NCBI GenBank assembly: GCA_045804705.1
Contig: JBJMMQ010000128.1
Coordinates: forward strand, 1-49,658
Direction: 5' to 3'
Length of the DNA stretch: 49,658 nucleotides
Source: Chloroflexota bacterium
Lineage (GTDB): Bacteria > Chloroflexota > Limnocylindria > Limnocylindrales > CSP1-4
How positions within the stretch are numbered: position 1 is the stretch's first letter; the number at the start of each line of letters is the position of its first letter. The notes below the pieces were generated by a model that worked only from the letters and a program-made list of their open reading frames with translations, did not search any database and was not told the DNA's origin. The translations under genes and the position numbers were made by a program. Below are positions 44,409-49,658 of this stretch, piece by piece.

Positions 44409-46463
44409 GTGGCCTCGGCGGACCCGCTCCTCCAGCCGTTCCAGCTCCGCCACCTCACGTTCCGCAATCGGATCATGAGCACGGCGCACGAGCCGGCCTA
44501 CGCGGAGGACGCGAAGCCGAAGCTGCGCTACCAGCTCTACCAGGAGGAGAAGGCGAAGGGCGGCATCGGGCTGTCGATGTTCGGTGGCTCGACGAACGTG
44601 GCGCCCGACTCGCCGCCGATCTTCGGCCAGCTGTACGCCGGCGACGACGACATCATCCCGTACTTCCAGCAGCTCGCCGACCGGATGCACGCGCACGGCG
44701 CCGCAACGATGATCCAGCTCACGCACCTCGGCCGGCGGACGGTCTGGGACGACGGCGACTGGCTGCCGACGATCTCGGCGTCGTCGGTCCGGGAGCCCGC
44801 GCACCGGTCGTTCCCCAAGGAGATGGAGCTCGCCGACATCCGTCGGGTCGTCGCGTCGTACGCGGCGGCGGCCCGGCGGTGCAAGGAGGGCGGGCTCGAC
44901 GGCCTCGAGATCGAGGCCTACGGGCATCTCCCAGACCAGTTCTGGTCGCCGCTCGTGAACAGGCGATCGGACGAGTACGGCGGTTCGTTGGCGAACCGGA
45001 TGCGCTTCTCGATCGAGGTGCTGGAGGCGATCCGCGCAGCCGTTGGGTCGGACTTCGTGGTCGGCATCCGGATGACCGGCGGCGAGGACGTCGAGGGTGG
45101 ACTCACCGAGGAAGACGGGTTCGAGATCGCCCGGACGCTCGCCCGCACCGGGACGATCGACTTCATCAACATCGTCAAGGGTTCGATCGCGACCGACGAG
45201 GCGATCTCGCACGTCATCCCGGGTCTCGGCACGCCGATGGGCCCGGCCCTCAAGTTCGCTGGCCGCTTCCGCGAGCGGGTGGACCTGCCGATCTTCCACG
45301 CCGCGAGGATCGCGGACGTCGCGACCGCGCGCTACGCGATCGCGGAGGGCCTGGTCGACATGGTCGGGATGACGCGGGCCCACATGGCCGACCCGCATAT
45401 CGTCCGGAAGCTCGAGGCGGGAGAGGCGGACCGAATCAGGCCCTGTGTCGGTGCCTCGATGTGCATCAACCGGCTCTATCTCGGCCTCGAGGCGCTGTGC
45501 ATCCATAACCCCGCGACCGGCCGCGAGGAGACGATCCCGCACGTCGTGACGCGATCGGACGGGCCGGCGCGCCGCGTCGTGGTCGTCGGCGGCGGGCCCG
45601 CTGGCCTGGAGGCGGCACGGGTCGCAGGGGAGCGGGGCCATTCGGTCGTGTTGCTGGAGGCGGCGGACCACCCGGGCGGGCAAGTCGTGCTCGCGGCCCG
45701 CGCCACCGCGCGACGGGGCGACCTCATCGGGATCGTCGACTGGCTCGTCTCCGAATGCCGCCACGTCGGCGTCGACGTGCGGACGGGCGTCCTCGCAGAC
45801 GCTGCGACGGTCGCGGCGCTGGATCCGGACGTCGTCATCGTCGCGACCGGCGGTCATCCGCGTCTGCCAGCGTTGACTGAGGGCGACGGCCTCGTCGTCT
45901 CGACCTGGGACGTGATCGGTGGCGCCGTGGCGCCCTCGCGAGGGCAGGTGCTGGTCTACGACGACCATGGAACGGAGGACGCGCTGTCCTGCGCCGAGCG
46001 GATGGTCGCCGCAGGCTCCGACGTCGAGATCGTGTCACCGGACCGGTATATCGGGCAGGAGGTGAACGGGACTGCGTATCCGCGCTACTTGACCTCCTTC
46101 TACGAGGCGGGCGTCCGGATGACACCCGATCATCGGCTAACGGCTGTTCGCCGCCGCCGCGACGATCGCCGGCTCGAGGTCGACCTCTGGAACGACTACA
46201 CGCGTTCGACTGTGCAACGGGTAGTCGATCAGGTCGTCGTCGAGCACGGAACGCTGCCGAATGACGAGCTCTACGTCGAACTCCAGTTGGGCTCGTCGAA
46301 CAACGGCGAGCTGGACCTCGACGCCTTCATCGATCGCCGGCCCCAGGAGATCGTCACCGACCCCGCCGGCAGATACCAGCTGTTCCGGATCGGCGACGCC
46401 GTCGCAAGCCGCTCGATCCACGCGGCGATCTACGAGGCACGCCGGCTGGCGATGGTTCTCTAG
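44409..46463 (+). CDS. OYE-like FMN + FAD/NAD(P)-binding flavoprotein, N-methyl-L-proline demethylase (StcD)-like; Cys motif degenerate
   Basis: 684 aa from GTG 44409. LQPFQLRHLTFRNRIMSTAHEP, GLDGLEIEAYGHLPDQFWSP, NRRSDEYGGS and VVVVGGGPAGLEAA. Only three Cys (CVGASMCINRLYLGLEALC) occupy the position of the 4Fe-4S motif. Confidence 0.75.
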   Translation: MASADPLLQPFQLRHLTFRNRIMSTAHEPAYAEDAKPKLRYQLYQEEKAKGGIGLSMFGGSTNVAPDSPPIFGQLYAGDDDIIPYFQQLADRMHAHGAATMIQLTHLGRRTVWDDGDWLPTISASSVREPAHRSFPKEMELADIRRVVASYAAAARRCKEGGLDGLEIEAYGHLPDQFWSPLVNRRSDEYGGSLANRMRFSIEVLEAIRAAVGSDFVVGIRMTGGEDVEGGLTEEDGFEIARTLARTGTIDFINIVKGSIATDEAISHVIPGLGTPMGPALKFAGRFRERVDLPIFHAARIADVATARYAIAEGLVDMVGMTRAHMADPHIVRKLEAGEADRIRPCVGASMCINRLYLGLEALCIHNPATGREETIPHVVTRSDGPARRVVVVGGGPAGLEAARVAGERGHSVVLLEAADHPGGQVVLAARATARRGDLIGIVDWLVSECRHVGVDVRTGVLADAATVAALDPDVVIVATGGHPRLPALTEGDGLVVSTWDVIGGAVAPSRGQVLVYDDHGTEDALSCAERMVAAGSDVEIVSPDRYIGQEVNGTAYPRYLTSFYEAGVRMTPDHRLTAVRRRRDDRRLEVDLWNDYTRSTVQRVVDQVVVEHGTLPNDELYVELQLGSSNNGELDLDAFIDRRPQEIVTDPAGRYQLFRIGDAVASRSIHAAIYEARRLAMVL

Positions 46464-48647
46464 CTAGGAGCCTGTGGCGTCCGGACCCGCTGGCGCGACC
46501 TCGGACTCCGCCTCCTGAACTGATTCGGCGAGCTCGTCGACGGACTGGCCGGTCGTCTCCGCGGCCTTGGCGACCGCGGCCTCGACGTCGCCAGCACCTT
46601 CGGTCGTGCGCTGGCGCTGGAGCGTCCGCAACTCGTCGACCGGGATATGGCAGGCCATTTGGTGCCCCGGCTCGACCTCGACGAGCGGTGGGACCGTCAC
46701 CTCGCACAGGCCCGCGATCGCCCGATGACAGCGCGTGTTGAAGACGCAGCCCGAAGGCGGGTTCGCCGGGCTCGGGATCTCGCCTTCGAGCAGGATCCTC
46801 GCGCGCGCCTCGCCGTCGACGTTCGGGACGGCCGAGAGGAGCGCTTCGGTGTATGGATGGTTCGGGCCGCGGAAGACAGTCTCGGAGTCGCCGACCTCCA
46901 TGATCCGACCGAGGTACAGGACGGCGATCCGATCCGCGAGGTAGCGCACGACGCCGAGGTCATGCGAGATCAGCAGGTAGCTCGTCTTGCTCCTGAGCTG
47001 GAGCTCCGACAGGAGATTGAGGATGGCCGCCTGGACCGACACATCCAATGCGCTCGTCGGCTCGTCTGCGACCACGATCCGTGGGTCACCGGCGAAGGCG
47101 CGTGCGATGGCCAGACGCTGCTTGAGCCCGCCCGACAGCTGGCGCGGCTTCAGGTCGAGATGGCGCTGGGTGAGCCGCAGGTCCGCGGCGAGCTTGTCGA
47201 CCCGCTCGTCGACAGCCTTGCCACGGAGGCCGGTGAGCTTCGAGACGGAGCGCTGCAGGATGTGCCGTGCCGTCCAGCCCCGGTTGAGCGCCGAATCGGG
47301 GTTCTGGAAGACCATCTGGATCGAGCGCTTGTCGTCCGTCGGGCGCTGCGTCGACAGCGGCGCGAGAGCGTGCTCGCCGAGCTCGAGATTCGACCCAGCG
47401 TCGGGGCGTTCGATGCCGAGGATCGTCTTCGCCAGCGTCGACTTGCCCGAGCCCGACTCGCCCACGAGCCCGAGGGTCTCGCCGTCGAACAGTTCCAGGT
47501 TGACCTTGACCAGCGCCGGGACGTCGTGTCCGCTCTGGTGGAACGTCTTGGAGACGTCATCCAGCGCGAGCACCTGGTCTCCGTGGACCGTCTCCTGACC
47601 GACGATCGACGGCGGCTCGGTGATCTCATCCAAGCGGTCGCGGTGGTGGCAACGCGTCCATTGGCCTCCGCCGACATCGACGACGGGCGGCACGACGGTC
47701 CGACACAGCTCATCGGCCAACGGGCAGCGATCGACGAAGACGCATGTCGGCAGGTCTGTCCCGATCTGGGGCAGGTTGCCCGGGATCGTCGAAAGCGCAC
47801 GCTCCGACTTGCGGACGCCGCGCCGGGGGAGCGACCGCAGGAGACCGAGCGTGTATGGGTGTTGGGGATTCGCGAAGACGCTCGCCGCATCGCCCTCTTC
47901 GACGATCTTGCCGGCGTACATCACTCCGACCCGGTCACACAGGGTCCGGATGACGCCCAGGTTGTGGGCGATGAGGAGGACCGCCGCGTTCGTTTCGGCC
48001 TGGAGGCTCCGCACCAGGTCCAGGACGCTCGCCTCGACGGTCGCGTCGAGCCCGGTCGTCGGCTCGTCGAGGACCAACAGCTTCGGATCGGAGGCAAGGG
48101 CGATGGCGATGACGACGCGTTGCTGCATCCCGCCCGAGAGCTGATATGGATAGCGCTGCGCGACTTCCTCGGGGTCCGCGATCTGGACGCGTTGAAGCGC
48201 CTTCAGCGCGCTTTCCTGCGCCTGTTGCCGGCTCTGACCGAGGATCGTGAAGGCCTCGGCGACCTGCGGGCCGATCTTGGTCGTCGGGTTGAGGGCGGCG
48301 CCTGGGTCCTGGTAGACCATCGAGGCGTGGTGGATCCGGAACTGCCGGACCTCCTCATCGCTCATCTTCGTGATGTCGCTGCCGGCAACGAGGATCCGAC
48401 CGCCGGTGATGACGCCATTGCGGGGCAGGTAGCGAACGGCGGCGTATGCGGTCGTCGACTTGCCGCAGCCCGACTCACCGACCAGCCCGTATGACTCGCC
48501 GGGCCGCACCTCGAATGACACGCCTCGGAGGACGGGCCGTCGGATTCCGCGGACCACATAGGAGAGTGACAGGTCCTCGACCCTGAGTGCCGCCTGCGGT
48601 TCGGGAGGTATGGCGCTCGTTGGGATCGGCGCGATCTCGGTCGTCAT
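46464..48647 (-). CDS. Fused tandem ABC ATPase of a Dpp/Opp (peptide/opine/nickel) type importer
   Basis: 727 aa from ATG 48647, which overlaps the permease stop. There are two Walker A motifs (GESGCGKST, GESGSGKST) and two signatures (LSGGMQQRV, LSGGLKQRL). Two oligo_HPY-like C-terminal regions each carry 4 Cys. An acidic ~55-aa tail ends the protein. Confidence 0.85.
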   Translation of the reverse strand: MTTEIAPIPTSAIPPEPQAALRVEDLSLSYVVRGIRRPVLRGVSFEVRPGESYGLVGESGCGKSTTAYAAVRYLPRNGVITGGRILVAGSDITKMSDEEVRQFRIHHASMVYQDPGAALNPTTKIGPQVAEAFTILGQSRQQAQESALKALQRVQIADPEEVAQRYPYQLSGGMQQRVVIAIALASDPKLLVLDEPTTGLDATVEASVLDLVRSLQAETNAAVLLIAHNLGVIRTLCDRVGVMYAGKIVEEGDAASVFANPQHPYTLGLLRSLPRRGVRKSERALSTIPGNLPQIGTDLPTCVFVDRCPLADELCRTVVPPVVDVGGGQWTRCHHRDRLDEITEPPSIVGQETVHGDQVLALDDVSKTFHQSGHDVPALVKVNLELFDGETLGLVGESGSGKSTLAKTILGIERPDAGSNLELGEHALAPLSTQRPTDDKRSIQMVFQNPDSALNRGWTARHILQRSVSKLTGLRGKAVDERVDKLAADLRLTQRHLDLKPRQLSGGLKQRLAIARAFAGDPRIVVADEPTSALDVSVQAAILNLLSELQLRSKTSYLLISHDLGVVRYLADRIAVLYLGRIMEVGDSETVFRGPNHPYTEALLSAVPNVDGEARARILLEGEIPSPANPPSGCVFNTRCHRAIAGLCEVTVPPLVEVEPGHQMACHIPVDELRTLQRQRTTEGAGDVEAAVAKAAETTGQSVDELAESVQEAESEVAPAGPDATGS

Positions 48648-49561
48648 TCGTTCAGCACCGACTGCAGCGAGTCCGCGATCAGGTTGACTGCGACGACGAC
48701 GCTGGCGATCGCGAGTGCCGGGAACAGCGTCGGCCACCAGGCCCCGCTGATCATGTTGTTGTACTCCTGGCTCACGGTCAGCCCCCAGTCGGCCGACGGT
48801 GGCTGGATGCCGACGCCGAGGAACGACAGCGTCGCGATGGTGAAGATCGCGTAGCCGAAGCGCACGGTCATCTCGACGACGGTCGGCCCGAGGACGTTCG
48901 GGAAGATCTCGCGGGTCAGGATGAACGGCCCCGATTCGCCGCGGAGCTTCGCCGCGGTCACGTAGTCGAGCTGCCTCTCCGAGAGCACCGCGGAGCGGAC
49001 TGTTCGAGCGACGATCGGCGTGAACAGGATCCCCACGACGCAGACGACCACGAGCGGCGACGTTCCGAGGACGACAAGCGTCAGCAATGCGACAAGGACG
49101 ACCGGCAGGGCGAGGAACGCCTCCACGATGCGGCTCAGGACGTCGTCGATGGTCCCTCGGTAGTAGCCCATGACGAGGCCGAGCACCGTGCCCGCGGCCA
49201 CTCCGAGCATCGCAGCGAGTGGAGCGAAGAGAAGCACGTCTCGGGATCCGACCATCACGCGCGACAGGACATCCCGACCGAGCCGGTCCGTGCCCATCAG
49301 GTGCTCAGGGCTCGGTGGCAGGTGGCCGCCGGTGAAGTAGTTGAAGGGGTCATACGGAGTGATCCGCTCCCCGAGGATCGCGGTGATGATCCATCCGATC
49401 ACGACGATGTTGCCGATGATGAAGGCGGGCCGCCGGACGAGGACGATCAGGCGTTCGCGCCGAGCGCTGGCCCGCTGGGCGCGCGACGCCGCCGTGGCCC
49501 CCACGGGGACCTCTGCCGGCGGCAGGCCCTGGCCCGCCGCGATCGAAGCGGACGGGTCCAT
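48644..49561 (-). CDS. ABC transporter permease (DppC/OppC-like)
   Basis: 305 aa with 6 TM helices. The EAA-like loop reads LDYVTAAKLRGESGPFILTREIFPN. Confidence 0.8.
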   Translation of the reverse strand: MDPSASIAAGQGLPPAEVPVGATAASRAQRASARRERLIVLVRRPAFIIGNIVVIGWIITAILGERITPYDPFNYFTGGHLPPSPEHLMGTDRLGRDVLSRVMVGSRDVLLFAPLAAMLGVAAGTVLGLVMGYYRGTIDDVLSRIVEAFLALPVVLVALLTLVVLGTSPLVVVCVVGILFTPIVARTVRSAVLSERQLDYVTAAKLRGESGPFILTREIFPNVLGPTVVEMTVRFGYAIFTIATLSFLGVGIQPPSADWGLTVSQEYNNMISGAWWPTLFPALAIASVVVAVNLIADSLQSVLNE

Positions 49562-49658
49562 CAGCGGTCGGCCTCGAGCCGGATCCGGGGGTTCATCCAG
49601 GCGATGATCAGGTCGGCGACGAGTGTCGCGACCATGTAGACGAGGCCGATGACGACCA
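49561..49658 (-). CDS. ABC transporter permease (DppB/OppB-like), C-terminal fragment at the window edge
   Basis: The minus-strand translation ends ...VVIGLVYMVATLVADLIIAWMNPRIRLEADR*, the characteristic C-terminus of DppB/OppB permeases. The stop shares one base with the next start (TGATG). Confidence 0.6.
   Translation of the reverse strand, partial: VVIGLVYMVATLVADLIIAWMNPRIRLEADR

Noticed and set aside
41492-48494. Several very long antisense ORFs (41492-43537 minus, 44100-45968 minus, 46647-48494 plus)
   Set aside because: Each lies opposite a gene with strong family motifs (OYE flavoprotein, MttB, StcD-like, ABC ATPase). Their translations are low-complexity and Arg/Asp/Gly-rich. They are not independent genes.
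1-49658. Genomic island, prophage, defence system or mobile element
   Set aside because: I saw no integrase, transposase, recombinase, tRNA attachment site, terminal repeats, restriction/Cas/Abi-type genes or marked compositional shift. By eye, GC content and codon bias look uniform, apart from short intergenic spacers.

Overview
This is a 49.7 kb window of very high-GC DNA, roughly 70% by eye. It looks like an Actinomycetota-type chromosome: GTG and TTG starts are frequent, many stop/start codons overlap as ATGA or GTGA, and every real gene casts long Arg/Pro/Gly-rich shadow ORFs on the antisense strand. I can support about 52 protein-coding genes. I see no rRNA, tRNA, CRISPR array, transposase or integrase. 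Gene order runs as follows. (1) A dedicated ECF-type importer operon on the minus strand: P-loop kinase, IunH nucleoside hydrolase, oversized S-component, EcfT and fused EcfAA'. (2) purK-purE. (3) A minus-strand operon of HtrA-like protease, polytopic membrane protein and SMP-30/gluconolactonase, followed by an HxlR regulator, a membrane protein and a Nudix hydrolase. (4) An aldehyde dehydrogenase, then an ECF sigma factor paired with a membrane-anchored 7-repeat GWP beta-propeller protein. (5) ppgK, an SDR and an ankyrin-repeat protein. (6) A glutamine-synthetase-like ligase plus an APC permease preceded by a 240-nt leader. (7) A cupredoxin lipoprotein that looks frameshifted, a class II fumarase/aspartase, and a second ECF sigma/zf-HC2 anti-sigma pair. 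(8) A 10 kb co-directional phenylacetyl-CoA (paa) cluster: flavin reductase, alpha/beta hydrolase, EthD, paaF, an unknown gene, paaG, a TetR regulator, paaABCD, paaH and paaJ. It has a recognisable promoter/operator but no paaE, paaK, paaZ or paaI. (9) A cupin-nucleotidyl cyclase fusion, an ErpA/IscA protein, a LON-N domain protein and a Mo-oxidoreductase. (10) A co-directional array of GT2 glycosyltransferase, flippase-like membrane protein, OYE/4Fe-4S flavoprotein, non-pyrrolysine MttB-family methyltransferase and an N-methylproline-demethylase-like flavoprotein. This array abuts a convergent Dpp/Opp-type ABC importer. My best candidate for something undescribed is the MttB-plus-two-flavoprotein module, which has no corrinoid partner in the window. 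Next are the kinase/nucleoside-hydrolase/ECF salvage operon and the sigma-coupled GWP propeller. Two exported proteins show reading-frame breaks at G/C homopolymers, so base-calling quality should be checked first. All calls rest on reading the translations and motifs by eye; no database search was run.
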